From Candidatus Nanopelagicales bacterium (GTDB lineage: Bacteria > Actinomycetota > Actinomycetes > S36-B12): a DNA stretch of 40,151 nt. Where the stretch lies: contig JBDQMZ010000133.1 in assembly GCA_040261955.1 (NCBI GenBank), positions 1-40,151 of the forward strand, in the 5' to 3' direction. Of this stretch, positions 18,556 to 28,222 are shown piece by piece. The position numbers and the translations under genes are program-made. Under the pieces are notes generated by a model. That model ran no database searches. It was given only the letters and a program-made list of their open reading frames with translations, and was not told the origin of the DNA. Position 1 is the first letter of the stretch, and each line of letters begins with the position of its first letter.

Positions 18556-20397
18556 CTAACGCGGTAATAACCACCATGAGGCAAAACCTGGGATGTGCAC
18601 TTGGTCACCGAAATCCAGTTCATCTCCTGAAATTAAGTCAACAGGTGTGACCACGCAGGGGAATTCATCCACGGAGAGCACTGCAGGGTCAGGGCTCATG
18701 TTGTATACCTCCACGAGCACTCCCCGGTCACCATCTCGGACCACGAAAAAGACGCCATTGTGCGAGGTCATGACGACGGTGGAACTCTGTGAGGCGTGCA
18801 ATTGTGGGAGGGACTTGCGAGCTGTCGCAAGTCTGGTGATTCGCGCGGACAACTGAAGCGCGATATCGCGGCCCTGTTCGGTTAGTTCCTCAAACTTCGG
18901 CAGGTACGGACGATGGACCCAGCGGCTATCCGCCTTCTCTTCATCGCGGAGTAGGTAGGAGTGGTCATTGAGCAGCCCCCATTCGTCACCCATGTAAATG
19001 AGGGGCAATCCCCCGAACCCAAACACAATGGCATATCCACAAAAGATTCGGTCCATGGCCGAATTGATTGCATTCGAATCATTAGCCTCCAGTGCCAGTT
19101 CCAAACCAGCAAGGCTTGCCGCAGTGCCCGAAATTCTTCGATCACCCGTAGCTGGATTCTCTTGGAATAGGACACCGCGCGCGGGGGAACCAGGGAATAT
19201 GCCACTGTAATAATCAGCGAGAAATGATCTGTGACCGAAACCGCTCCAACCCAATGCTTCGGCATCAGAATCGTCGACCGCCCAGCCAATATCGTCGTGG
19301 CAGCGTAAATAGGTGGTCCAGGTTGTGCCAGGGGGAAGCTTTTCAAACCGATTAAGTGCAATGGCCATGAGTCGTGCATCCCGCGCTGCGAAGGCAGACC
19401 AAATCTGAACCATAAGAGAGTTGTGGTAGGCGACGTCGCTCACTTTGCCCACGAAACGCCCTTGACCGAGATAGGCGCCAACGTCATTAGGTCCAACAAT
19501 GGCTTCGGCCTGGAAGATCACGCTGGGAGCAACAATTCGAGCGAATGAGCGGAGAATCTGAGTGATGCTGTGAACTTCTGACTGGTTCTGGCAGGAAGTG
19601 CCCATTCTTTTCCAGAGGAATGCGATGGCATCCAGTCTGAGGCAGTCCACGCCTTTATTCGCCAGAAAGCCAATGATGTCAAGGAATTCCAGGAGCACAT
19701 CGGGATTGGACCAATTAACGTCCCATTGGTACGAGTTAAACGTTGTCCACACCCAGCTATTAAGTTCGTCATTCCACGTGAAGTTTCCTGGAGCAAAGTC
19801 CGGGAACACCTCGGGAAGGGATTCTTCGTATTGATCCGGAAGAGTTCTATCGGAATACAGGTAGAAGTAGTCCTGATATTTTTTGTCACCACCGCGAGCC
19901 TTTACCGCCCACTCATGTTCGTAGGCGACATGGTTCAGAACTAGATCAACAGTCAGGGTGACGTCATTGGTGTGCAATTGCCCGGCGAGAGTTTCCAAGT
20001 CAGAGATCGAGCCGAGGTTGGGGGCCACATTTCTAAAGTCCATGACGGCGTAACCGCCATCATTTTGGCCAGGGCGTGGTTTAAGCAGAGGCATGAGGTG
20101 CAGGTAGGTGACACCGAGTGATTTCAAATAAGGAATCTTGTGCGCTACACCTTTAAGGTCACCAGCAAATCTGTCCGTGTAAGCAACGTATCCAACTGCA
20201 CTCTCACTCTGGAACCAGTCAGATGGTCGTTCAAGGTCCCTGGTCTTGAGAGCCTTGCTTCGGGCACCATGGGTTGAATCCGCTAACGCGATGATTCTGG
20301 CGTACACCTCATCCACATTTTCGCAGTAGAGATCCTCGAGGCCAGATCGAATATCAGGCCCAAAACTTGCAAGTCGGCGCGCAAAATGGTCAGACAT
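18556..20397 (-). CDS. Amylosucrase-like GH13 alpha-glucan-forming sucrase
   Basis: 613 aa, collinear with my recollection of Neisseria amylosucrase. Shared regions are YLKSLGVTYLHLMPLL, DGGYAVMDFRNV, VDLVLNHVAYEHEWA, WTTFNSYQWDVNWSNP, GVDCLRLDAIAFLWK, FQAEAIV, YLRCHDDIGW, DRRISGTAASLAGL and LPLIYMGDE. Confidence 0.85.
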   Translation of the reverse strand: MSDHFARRLASFGPDIRSGLEDLYCENVDEVYARIIALADSTHGARSKALKTRDLERPSDWFQSESAVGYVAYTDRFAGDLKGVAHKIPYLKSLGVTYLHLMPLLKPRPGQNDGGYAVMDFRNVAPNLGSISDLETLAGQLHTNDVTLTVDLVLNHVAYEHEWAVKARGGDKKYQDYFYLYSDRTLPDQYEESLPEVFPDFAPGNFTWNDELNSWVWTTFNSYQWDVNWSNPDVLLEFLDIIGFLANKGVDCLRLDAIAFLWKRMGTSCQNQSEVHSITQILRSFARIVAPSVIFQAEAIVGPNDVGAYLGQGRFVGKVSDVAYHNSLMVQIWSAFAARDARLMAIALNRFEKLPPGTTWTTYLRCHDDIGWAVDDSDAEALGWSGFGHRSFLADYYSGIFPGSPARGVLFQENPATGDRRISGTAASLAGLELALEANDSNAINSAMDRIFCGYAIVFGFGGLPLIYMGDEWGLLNDHSYLLRDEEKADSRWVHRPYLPKFEELTEQGRDIALQLSARITRLATARKSLPQLHASQSSTVVMTSHNGVFFVVRDGDRGVLVEVYNMSPDPAVLSVDEFPCVVTPVDLISGDELDFGDQVHIPGFASWWLLPR

Positions 20398-20402
20398 CGC
20401 TG

Positions 20403-21440
20403 CTATCTCGCAGTGGTGAAGTCAACAGATGCATAACGAGATAGCTTTGCAATTCGGTGCTCGCTCTTGATCTCGCGGATGGTGCCGCTCTTGCTGCGCA
20501 TGACTATCGAGTGCGTTGTTGGGCCATTTGGTGTGTATCTGACCCCCTCCATGAGTTCTCCATCGGTGATGCCGGTGGCGCAAAAGAAGTTGTTATTGCC
20601 CGTTACTAGGTCTGTTGTTGTGAGTACTCGGTTGACATCGTGACCCGCTTCTAATGCCTTGAGTTTTTCTTCGTCATTGGTGGGCCACAATTTGGCCTGA
20701 ATTTCGCCCCCGATGCAGGTCATGGCGCAGGCGGTGATGATTCCCTCAGGTGTTCCACCAATTCCCATGAGAATGTCGACACCCGTGCCTTCACGAGCTG
20801 CCATCACTGCGCCAGCAACGTCACCGTCGGTGATGAACTTGATGCGAGCACCAGCTTCACGGATTTCACGCGCCATTTCGTCGTGGCGTGGGCGGTCAAG
20901 AAGGCAAACGGTTAAGTCAGCAATGGACTCACCTTTCGCTTTTGCAACCTGCTCGAGGTTCCAAGCGATGGGTGCATCGATGTCTACTTTGCCAGCGGAA
21001 TCGGGACCAACAACAAGTTTCTTCATGTAAAACACTGCGCTCGGATCAAACATGGACCCGCGTTCAGCAACGGCTATGACGGCGATGGCGTTAGGCATGC
21101 CCTTGGCTGCGAGCGTGGTTCCATCAATGGGGTCCACCGCCACGTCGCATAAAGGTCCAGTGCCATCGCCCACAAGTTCACCATTGAAAAGCATGGGAGC
21201 TTCATCCTTCTCGCCCTCGCCAATGACGACGGTTCCATTCATGGAGACCCCGCTCACCAAGGTTCGCATGGCATTGACCGCGGCGCCATCGGCACCGTTC
21301 TTGTCCCCGCGTCCCACCCACCGCGCGGCGGCCATGGCGGCAGCTTCCGTGACGCGGACCAATTCCATGGCCAAATTTCGATCCGGGACCTCCATGGAGG
21401 ATTCGGATGAGAAGGAAGCTTGGGCGTCAAAGTCACTCAT
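20403..21440 (-). CDS. glpX: Fructose-1,6-bisphosphatase class II
   Basis: GlpX motifs are present: [40 protein letters not shown] and DPIDGTT. The ORF extends to 21518. ATG 21440 (345 aa) fits GlpX length, but the start is uncertain. Confidence 0.9.
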   Translation of the reverse strand: MSDFDAQASFSSESSMEVPDRNLAMELVRVTEAAAMAAARWVGRGDKNGADGAAVNAMRTLVSGVSMNGTVVIGEGEKDEAPMLFNGELVGDGTGPLCDVAVDPIDGTTLAAKGMPNAIAVIAVAERGSMFDPSAVFYMKKLVVGPDSAGKVDIDAPIAWNLEQVAKAKGESIADLTVCLLDRPRHDEMAREIREAGARIKFITDGDVAGAVMAAREGTGVDILMGIGGTPEGIITACAMTCIGGEIQAKLWPTNDEEKLKALEAGHDVNRVLTTTDLVTGNNNFFCATGITDGELMEGVRYTPNGPTTHSIVMRSKSGTIREIKSEHRIAKLSRYASVDFTTAR

Positions 21441-21481
21441 GGGGTTAGCGTATCGGTGGTGGAGGTGCCCCGATTGCCGTA

Positions 21482-22063
21482 ATGGCGCATGATGTCCTTG
21501 TGAGCGAGCCGACACCAACTGGGAAAACGAATGCCCGGATGAAGCAAACGGTGGGGGACATGGTGCGATCCATGGCCGTGGTCCTCGCAGTTGTTGCCGC
21601 GATTTTGCTCGTTACTTGGCGCCCCCAGCCAGACCCCGTGCGTGAGGTCAATGTGGATCAGTTGTTGGTCGTCGCGGTCGCTCAAGCCGACTTTGACGTT
21701 GTGGTGCCCGACACTCCTGGGTTACGCCCAACGAGTGTGCGCTGGCAGCCAACTGCGGAATCGAAAGACGAGATGGTGTGGCAGGTGGGCTACGTCACCG
21801 AATCCGATGAGTTTCTTCAAGTGACCCAGTCTCGCTCAGACAGTTCGAAATTCCTTTCAGTTGAAACAGTTCGCGGAGTTCCTCTTGGGAGCGTCTCCAT
21901 TAACAGTCTTGTTGGTGACGAGTGGACGGAGTATCAGAGCGAAACAAGTACCGCATTTGTGTCGATGAATAACGGTACGACCACGATAGTTCGAGGTACT
22001 GGACCGCGAGAGGGAATTATCAGCGGTGTTGAGTCTTTAGCGCTAGGAACTAGTCTTCAGTAG
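21482..22063 (+). CDS. DUF4245-like membrane-anchored protein
   Basis: 193 aa. The N-terminus has [18 protein letters not shown] and a TM helix, then [12 protein letters not shown]...RPTSVRW. It lies divergent from glpX, the conserved actinobacterial position. Confidence 0.65.
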   Translation: MAHDVLVSEPTPTGKTNARMKQTVGDMVRSMAVVLAVVAAILLVTWRPQPDPVREVNVDQLLVVAVAQADFDVVVPDTPGLRPTSVRWQPTAESKDEMVWQVGYVTESDEFLQVTQSRSDSSKFLSVETVRGVPLGSVSINSLVGDEWTEYQSETSTAFVSMNNGTTTIVRGTGPREGIISGVESLALGTSLQ

Positions 22064-22259
22064 TTTCAATTCGATCACTGGCTTTCTTGAGCCACGCTTC
22101 ACACACGGCAGCGAGTGCATCGCCTCGTTCCCATAACGCTAGTGATTCTTCAAGCGTCAGATTTCCGCGCTCCAACTGTGATGCAACTTGGGCGAGTTCA
22201 TCGCGGGCTGCTTCGTATCCCGTCCCGGCAAGATCGAGATCATCCTTTTTCTGTGCCAT
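22050..22259 (-). CDS. xseB: Exodeoxyribonuclease VII small subunit
   Basis: The sequence YEAARDELAQVASQLERGNLTLEESLALWERGDALAAVCEAWL is a typical XseB helical hairpin. ATG 22259 lies 4 nt after the xseA stop. The ORF track extends it to 22295. Confidence 0.85.
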   Translation of the reverse strand: MAQKKDDLDLAGTGYEAARDELAQVASQLERGNLTLEESLALWERGDALAAVCEAWLKKASDRIETTED

Positions 22260-22263
22260 AGCC

Positions 22264-23400
22264 TCACTCCGCTCTTTGGGCTTTGAATTGCCCATGTGCT
22301 ACTCGAATATCAACAGTTTCTTTCACTTTTACCTGATCCTCGTTGCGAACAATGTCACCCGTGGAGTTAAGAACAATTGCATAGCCTCTGTCCATGGTGG
22401 CAGCAGGCGATAGGGCGCGTATTTGTGCACGCAAGTGTTCGATCTCGGTCGAGGCCGCCTGAATTTTGTGCACGATCGTTTGCTTCATTCGTTTTCGGCT
22501 TTCGGTCACTTTGAGGCGATCCATATCTATGTGAGAAGTCACCGCCCTACGCATTCTTTGACGAATTTCTAATACAAATTCTTGTTCCTCAACTAACGAG
22601 GGCACGATCCGTTTGGCAGCATCGGTCGGGGTTGATGCTCGCATGTCAGAGACAAAGTCAATGAGCGGTGTGTCCTGCTCGTGTCCAATCGCGCTGACGA
22701 TTGGGGTTGAAGCCATGGATACAGCGCGCACAAGCGTTTCATTACTGAATGGGAGGAGGTCCTCCATGCTTCCACCACCACGTGCAATGACTATGACATC
22801 AAGTTCGAGTGCATCTAACTCCGACAAGGCCGCGGTTACTTCGGAGACAGCGGAGACGCCCTGTACGGCGACCTCGCGAATTTCAAAGTCAGCTGCTGGC
22901 CACCGCTTCTTGGTGTTGACCAAAACATCATGCATTGCATCACTTGCGCGTCCGGTGATCAGTCCAATGCGGGTAGGAAGAAAAGGGATCGGCTTTTTGC
23001 GTTCAGGCGCAAAGAGGCCCTCTGCGGCAAGTTTGCCTTTCAGTGCCTCGAGTTGTGCAAGTAAATCTCCGATTCCAACCGCTCGAAGTTCACGAGCGAC
23101 TATCTGCAGGGATCCTTGTTTGGCCCAAAAATCGCAGCGACCAAAGAGGATGATCCGTTGGCCTTCGGTCAGTGGTGGGTGCATGGCGCCAACCAAGGCG
23201 GAATTGGCCATTACTTTGAGAGAGAATTCGGCGTCGGTATCGCGCAGGGTAAAGAACTGGACCGAGGCTCCAGGTCGGGGGCGAAATTGAGCGACTTGAC
23301 CCTCGACCCAAATGGAACTGAGGCGGTTGATGTAGTCATGCAAGAGGGTCGAGATCACCCGTACCGGCGCGGGCGCGTTTTCTGAGGTCTCGAGTGCCAC
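22264..23400 (-). CDS. xseA: Exodeoxyribonuclease VII large subunit
   Basis: 378 aa. It has an N-terminal OB fold (IWVEGQVAQFRPRPGASVQFFTLRD), a catalytic core (IGLITGRASDAMHDV, VIVIARGGGSMEDLLPFSNE, SAIGHEQD) and a coiled-coil tail. Confidence 0.9.
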   Translation of the reverse strand: MALETSENAPAPVRVISTLLHDYINRLSSIWVEGQVAQFRPRPGASVQFFTLRDTDAEFSLKVMANSALVGAMHPPLTEGQRIILFGRCDFWAKQGSLQIVARELRAVGIGDLLAQLEALKGKLAAEGLFAPERKKPIPFLPTRIGLITGRASDAMHDVLVNTKKRWPAADFEIREVAVQGVSAVSEVTAALSELDALELDVIVIARGGGSMEDLLPFSNETLVRAVSMASTPIVSAIGHEQDTPLIDFVSDMRASTPTDAAKRIVPSLVEEQEFVLEIRQRMRRAVTSHIDMDRLKVTESRKRMKQTIVHKIQAASTEIEHLRAQIRALSPAATMDRGYAIVLNSTGDIVRNEDQVKVKETVDIRVAHGQFKAQRAE

Positions 23401-23446
23401 TTACGCAGCCTAGGCGCATGAGAGGCCATTCGCTTAGGCTGTAGCC

Positions 23447-24421
23447 ATGTCACAGGAAAAAAAAGTCCTCCTTGCAGCTCCGCGTGGGTATTGCGCGGGT
23501 GTTGACCGAGCCATTTTGACCGTGGAAAAGGCCCTTGAACTTTATGGCAGTCCCGTGTACGTGCGCAAAGAAATCGTTCATAACAAACATGTGGTGGAGT
23601 CCTTGCAGGAGCGAGGGGTCATTTTTGTCAACGAAGTTGAAGAGGTCCCCGATAACGCGACCGTTGTTTTCTCTGCCCACGGTGTAGCACCTGTGGTGCA
23701 TGAAGAAGCCGCCGAAAAGAACTTAAAAACTATCGATGCAACATGTCCGCTGGTCACCAAAGTGCATGCGGAAGCCCGCCGATTTGCTAATGAAGGCTTT
23801 GACATCATCCTGATTGGTCACGAAGGACATGAGGAAGTTGTCGGAACTTCAGGTGAGGCGCCCGACTCGATCACACTCGTTGAAGACCCCGCCGCTGCCC
23901 GCGAGATCGAGGTGAAGGATCCCGACAAACTCATCTGGCTATCACAGACAACCTTGTCTGTTGATGAAACGCTAGAGACCGTCGAGGTTTTGAAAGAGCG
24001 ATTCCCCAACCTGCAGAGCCCGCCCAGTGATGACATTTGTTACGCAACTCAAAACCGGCAAACTGCGGTTAAGGCCATGTCACCCGATTGTGACGTGGTG
24101 ATTGTGGTCGGTTCGGGTAACTCTTCTAATTCGGTGCGTCTCGTTGAAGTCGCATTGGATGCTGGTGCAACAGCGTCATATCGGGTTGATAGCTACCGAG
24201 AGCTCGAGGAATCGTGGGTTGATGGCGCATCCACTGTTGGAGTTACTAGCGGCGCATCGGTTCCTGAACTCTTGGTTAATGAGGTGCTCGCGTGGTTAGC
24301 CGAACGGGGTTACGGAACAGTTGAAGAAGTCCGCACCGCTGAGGAGACGCTGATGTTTGCCTTGCCGCCTGAGTTGCGCAGGGATATGAAGGCTGCTTCA
24401 GCGAAGGGAACGGCGTCGTAA
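23447..24421 (+). CDS. ispH: 4-hydroxy-3-methylbut-2-enyl diphosphate reductase
   Basis: 324 aa. Motifs [34 protein letters not shown] and NSSNSVRL include the three conserved Fe-S cysteines. Confidence 0.95.
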   Translation: MSQEKKVLLAAPRGYCAGVDRAILTVEKALELYGSPVYVRKEIVHNKHVVESLQERGVIFVNEVEEVPDNATVVFSAHGVAPVVHEEAAEKNLKTIDATCPLVTKVHAEARRFANEGFDIILIGHEGHEEVVGTSGEAPDSITLVEDPAAAREIEVKDPDKLIWLSQTTLSVDETLETVEVLKERFPNLQSPPSDDICYATQNRQTAVKAMSPDCDVVIVVGSGNSSNSVRLVEVALDAGATASYRVDSYRELEESWVDGASTVGVTSGASVPELLVNEVLAWLAERGYGTVEEVRTAEETLMFALPPELRRDMKAASAKGTAS

Positions 24422-25210
24422 CGCGACAATCACGAGCGCAATGACGGTGGATCCGATCACCCAGATCCAGTTATTACCCAGAATGAAAAAGACGGCAACG
24501 CCTCGATTGATTATCGATGAATCTGCGATGTTGATCTGCCCGACCGTGGCTGCCATGATGAAAAATGAAATTGCCGGTGCATAGATAGCGTGGATATCGT
24601 CGCTGGACCGCACGGCGAAACTCGTGAAAAGTGTGGCGAGTAGTAATCCAATTCCGGCGAGTAATCCAGGCTCTCCGCCAAAAATCAGCACATTTCCCAA
24701 GCCAAAAACTAATGTGACCGAGATGGCGATCAAGTAGACCCACGGGGCGCTCAATGAACCCACCAATTCGGAACGAGAACCAGATGTGGGTTTGCGTTCT
24801 TCTCGCGATGATGTGCGAGGGCTGGGGATTGGTGCAGGGGCATGCATGGCAATCCCTGGAACATTCGCGGTTGCGGGTGGCAAAGCGATTTCAGCATCTA
24901 GGACTCCTATGGATTCGCGCTGCGAGTCTCGAGTCAGCGTGCGCAGGCGCCCGGACTTTTGCAGGGGGATTGCGATGAGTGCGTCGTCATGGCCAGACAC
25001 GCCCTGGCTGCGGAAAATGCGCCCAGTTTCTGATGGTGTCGATGCTGGTTGATCACTTTCTGGAGGCAAAGGGTCGGCGAGAGCATGTTCAACGGGGAGT
25101 TCTTGCGGGGTTTCAGGTCGAAAAAGACCCTCATATTCCTGACCAACGAGCGAGGAATCTGCCGCGCTCACGGGGTTCGAATCATCCGTCACGGGGATCA
25201 GGTTACTCAT
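24398..25210 (-). CDS. Membrane protein with a proline/serine-rich disordered N-terminus and 4 C-terminal TM helices
   Basis: 270 aa. Its start overlaps the rmuC stop by 8 nt and its 3' end overlaps ispH by 24 nt. No catalytic motif was recognised. Confidence 0.6.
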   Translation of the reverse strand: MSNLIPVTDDSNPVSAADSSLVGQEYEGLFRPETPQELPVEHALADPLPPESDQPASTPSETGRIFRSQGVSGHDDALIAIPLQKSGRLRTLTRDSQRESIGVLDAEIALPPATANVPGIAMHAPAPIPSPRTSSREERKPTSGSRSELVGSLSAPWVYLIAISVTLVFGLGNVLIFGGEPGLLAGIGLLLATLFTSFAVRSSDDIHAIYAPAISFFIMAATVGQINIADSSIINRGVAVFFILGNNWIWVIGSTVIALVIVALRRRSLR

Positions 25211-26333
25211 TTACCGCATCAAGACGGCGGTCCACCACGTTCTGTTCCTCAGAGTCGAGGTGGAGGGGCAGTTCCGCGACAAAGACCTCAAGCTGCGGGG
25301 TTTCGGTTAATGCGTCCTCGTTCTTGTCGGTTCGAACACCAAGTTCGGCAAGTTTTTGACCAGTGGGACGAACGCGCGTCTCAATGGAACGGACCGTTGA
25401 GTTGTAACTGCTCACCGCGGTTCCGAGGGCTTTGCCGAGTTTGCCGAAATGTCCCAGCACAACGTCAACTCGTGTGTACAACTCGCGCGACAGTTGAGCA
25501 ATAACTTGAGCTTGGTCGATCATTTCGCTGTTTTTCCAACTCATGCCGACACCGCGAAGCAGGGCAAAGAGAGTTGTGGGAGTTGCGGGAACGACATTGC
25601 GGCTGAAGGCATAGTCCAAGAGATCTGGGCGATAGGTCAATGCGGACTCAAGGAGTGACTCTGAAGGAAGAAATATGACGACAAAGTCGATTGATTCGTT
25701 GACTGAGCCCGCATATGCTTTGCGGCTCAATTTATCGATGTGACTCGCGACGGCTTGTGCGTGTGCAGCCATGAGTTGTTCAACCTGGGCAGGCTCCGTG
25801 CTCGCTGCGGCCGCAAGATAGTTGTCCATGGGTGTCTTGGCATCTACCAAAATGCAGCGGTCATCAGACAGCATGACCTGAAGGTCTGGGCGCAGGGCGC
25901 CATCTTCGGTGGCGAAGTGCGACTGCTCAAGGAAATGAACGCGATTGAGAAGTCCTGTTGCCTCCACCAAGCGGCGAAGTTCCATTTCACCCCATTGACC
26001 GCGGGCTCCCGAGCGGCTTAAGACGGATGTTAGTTGCTGCGCTTGCTGGCGGACTTCAGCCACGGACCGAGTCACCATCTGATTGTGGTTTTGCAAACCG
26101 ACCATGAGCTCTGAGCGCAAAGCAGTTGCAGATTCGACGCCAGCCTGCTGATTACTCTGAACCTGAGCATTCATTCTGTTGATGGCGTCAGAGAGTGAAT
26201 CCAGACCGGACTCGAGGGCAGGGACATGTGATTCGTCGGCGGATTTGCGCCCCAAGAAGTAACCGAGGGCCACGCCAGCAAAAGCAATTACGGCCATGAA
26301 CAAGACGATCAAAATCAACAGCAACGGTTCCAT
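25203..26333 (-). CDS. rmuC: DNA recombination protein RmuC
   Basis: 376 aa with an N-terminal TM helix, a long coiled coil and a C-terminal RmuC nuclease-like core (ILVDAKTPMDNY...DFVVIFLPSES...NVVPATPTTL). Confidence 0.9.
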   Translation of the reverse strand: MEPLLLILIVLFMAVIAFAGVALGYFLGRKSADESHVPALESGLDSLSDAINRMNAQVQSNQQAGVESATALRSELMVGLQNHNQMVTRSVAEVRQQAQQLTSVLSRSGARGQWGEMELRRLVEATGLLNRVHFLEQSHFATEDGALRPDLQVMLSDDRCILVDAKTPMDNYLAAAASTEPAQVEQLMAAHAQAVASHIDKLSRKAYAGSVNESIDFVVIFLPSESLLESALTYRPDLLDYAFSRNVVPATPTTLFALLRGVGMSWKNSEMIDQAQVIAQLSRELYTRVDVVLGHFGKLGKALGTAVSSYNSTVRSIETRVRPTGQKLAELGVRTDKNEDALTETPQLEVFVAELPLHLDSEEQNVVDRRLDAVNE

Positions 26334-26419
26334 ATATTCATGGTGTCACGGTGGGCTGACATCTGCGTGCATTTCGCCCCGCAACATGGTCAATGTGTGC
26401 CGGATCTAGACTCACGGCC

Positions 26420-27493
26420 GTGGGATTAACTCTGGGAATTGTCGGACTGCCTAATGTGGGCAAATCAACCATGTTCAATGCGTTGACCAAGAACAACGTT
26501 CTGGCTGCCAATTACCCGTTTGCGACCATTGAGCCGAACACTGGTGTGGTCGGGGTCCCTGACGACCGCCTCAATGAACTCGCCAAGATTTTCGGTTCCG
26601 AGAAAATCATTCCAGCGAGTGTGATGTTTGTTGACATTGCCGGGATTGTGAAGGGTGCATCAGAAGGCGCTGGGTTGGGCAATAAGTTCCTGGCCAATAT
26701 TCGTGAGTCCGATGCCATTTGTCAGGTGTTGCGCGCGTTCACGGATGACGATGTCGTGCACGTTGAAGGTCGTGTCTCTCCCAAAGAGGACATGGAGACC
26801 ATTAATACCGAGTTGATTTTGGCCGACATGCAAACACTCGAAAAGGCGTTGCCTCGGCTTGAAAAGGAAGTGCGGCTCGACAAAGGCAAGGCTGTTGTTT
26901 TAGAAACAGCAAAAGCAGCTCAAGAAATCTTGAACTCAGGAAAGACTCTCTTTAGCGCGGGCTTCGACTCAACTCCGATCCGTGAACTATTCCTACTCAC
27001 CTCCAAGCCGTTTGTTTACGTGGTCAATGCTGATGAGACAGAGTTGGCTGATGAAGCATTCAAGAGTGAAATGCGAGATCTCGTTGCACCCGCCGAAGTC
27101 GTCTTTCTTGATGCCAAGATTGAATCCGAGTTAGTTGAACTCTCTGATGAGGAAGCTCTCGAATTACTGCAATCAGTTGGTCAAGATGAATCAGGGCTGA
27201 AAGCGTTGGCTCGGGTGGGTTTCAACACACTTGGACTGCAAACTTATTTGACCGCTGGGCCCAAAGAAGCACGTGCGTGGACGATTCCCAAAAACGCAAC
27301 TGCGCCCGAGGCGGCAGGCGTTATTCATACCGATTTTCAAAAGGGATTCATCAAAGCAGAGATCGTGTCTTTTGATGATCTTGTTGACGCAGGTTCCATG
27401 GCAGAGGCCAAAGCGAGAGGCAAAGTGCGCATCGAGGGCAAGGACTATGTCATGCATGATGGAGACGTTGTCGAGTTCCGTTTTAACGTATAG
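26420..27493 (+). CDS. ychF: Redox-regulated ATPase YchF
   Basis: Motifs are GIVGLPNVGKST, NYPFATIEPN, FVDIAGIVKGAS and a C-terminal TGS domain (RAWTIPKNATAPEAAGVIHTDF). The likely start is GTG 26420. The ORF opens at 26393. Confidence 0.93.
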   Translation: MGLTLGIVGLPNVGKSTMFNALTKNNVLAANYPFATIEPNTGVVGVPDDRLNELAKIFGSEKIIPASVMFVDIAGIVKGASEGAGLGNKFLANIRESDAICQVLRAFTDDDVVHVEGRVSPKEDMETINTELILADMQTLEKALPRLEKEVRLDKGKAVVLETAKAAQEILNSGKTLFSAGFDSTPIRELFLLTSKPFVYVVNADETELADEAFKSEMRDLVAPAEVVFLDAKIESELVELSDEEALELLQSVGQDESGLKALARVGFNTLGLQTYLTAGPKEARAWTIPKNATAPEAAGVIHTDFQKGFIKAEIVSFDDLVDAGSMAEAKARGKVRIEGKDYVMHDGDVVEFRFNV

Positions 27494-27501
27494 GCGTTGA
27501 C

Positions 27502-27711
27502 ATGTCCGACAAAGCCACAGGCCCTCAGTCCTACTTTCCGTCAATTGAAAAGAAATACGGGCAGCCCATAAGCCATTGGATGCAGCAGCTTGATTCTGTT
27601 CGAAATGACAAGCACATGGACCAGGTGAAGTTTCTCAAGGAAAATTTCGGCATGGGTCATGGTCATGCAAATGCAATCGTTGCGGTGTATAGGAAAGACA
27701 ATGGCCTCTAA
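27502..27711 (+). CDS. DUF4287-like small protein
   Basis: 69 aa. SYFPSIEKKYGQPISHWMQQL...FLKENFGMGHGHANAIV matches the DUF4287 pattern as I recall it. Confidence 0.7.
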   Translation: MSDKATGPQSYFPSIEKKYGQPISHWMQQLDSVRNDKHMDQVKFLKENFGMGHGHANAIVAVYRKDNGL

Positions 27712-27720
27712 TGTTGACCA

Positions 27721-28200
27721 ATGGCTTTGGCGGAATCCGCTGCGGTAGCTACCATGTTTAGCATCGGTCGAATTGATATTGAAGATGCCCAAGACGCGGC
27801 GGTGATTGCTCGCAAGGCACGTAAATCAACGGGTGCCCATATCCCCGAACTGCACACCCCCGCCGAGGACCTCGAGTTTTACACTCAAGCGATTCTTGAG
27901 TCGGAAGGATCCGTCTGTGAGATCGACGGTCGAGTAATCGGCTTTATTTTGTGGAACGAGGATTGGATTAACCACCTGTACGTGTTGCCCGAGTTTCACA
28001 GACAAGGCATTGGCACCGCATTACTCCAGGCGGCACTTGACTCAATGCAATCCGAAGTCGTTCAACTCTGGACCTTCCAGGCGAACACAGCAGCAATGGC
28101 TTTCTATGAAACTCGCGGATTCGCCATTGTTGAGTCCACGGACGGCTCACGAAATGAAGAATCATTGCCGGACCATCGATTGGTGCTCGTGCTGGAGTAG
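27721..28200 (+). CDS. GNAT-family N-acetyltransferase
   Basis: 159 aa with the acetyl-CoA binding motif A (LYVLPEFHRQGIGTALLQ) followed by AMAFYETRGF. Confidence 0.85.
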   Translation: MALAESAAVATMFSIGRIDIEDAQDAAVIARKARKSTGAHIPELHTPAEDLEFYTQAILESEGSVCEIDGRVIGFILWNEDWINHLYVLPEFHRQGIGTALLQAALDSMQSEVVQLWTFQANTAAMAFYETRGFAIVESTDGSRNEESLPDHRLVLVLE

Positions 28201-28222
28201 TTGGCCGCGGTAGCCTTCCCCC

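Noticed and set aside
23401-23446. An imperfect inverted repeat, AGCCTAGGC ... GCTTAGGCT, between xseA and ispH.
   Set aside because: It has 9-bp arms with a mismatch in a 46-bp divergent promoter gap. It may be an operator, but it cannot be separated from chance without conservation data.
25174-25183. A tRNA-like T-loop sequence, GGTTCGAATC.
   Set aside because: The flanking bases cannot form a T-stem (CGGGG versus CATCC), no acceptor or anticodon arms can be drawn, and it lies inside a CDS. I found no tRNA or rRNA anywhere in the window.
27502-28200. The DUF4287 plus GNAT pair as a type II toxin-antitoxin module of the DUF1778/GNAT (TacAT, AtaRT, KacAT) kind.
   Set aside because: The upstream protein does not look like a ribbon-helix-helix DUF1778 antitoxin. 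The 9-nt gap and gene sizes are only superficially similar. I cannot see toxin-specific features in the GNAT. It is kept only as a low-priority test under the accessory-cluster finding.
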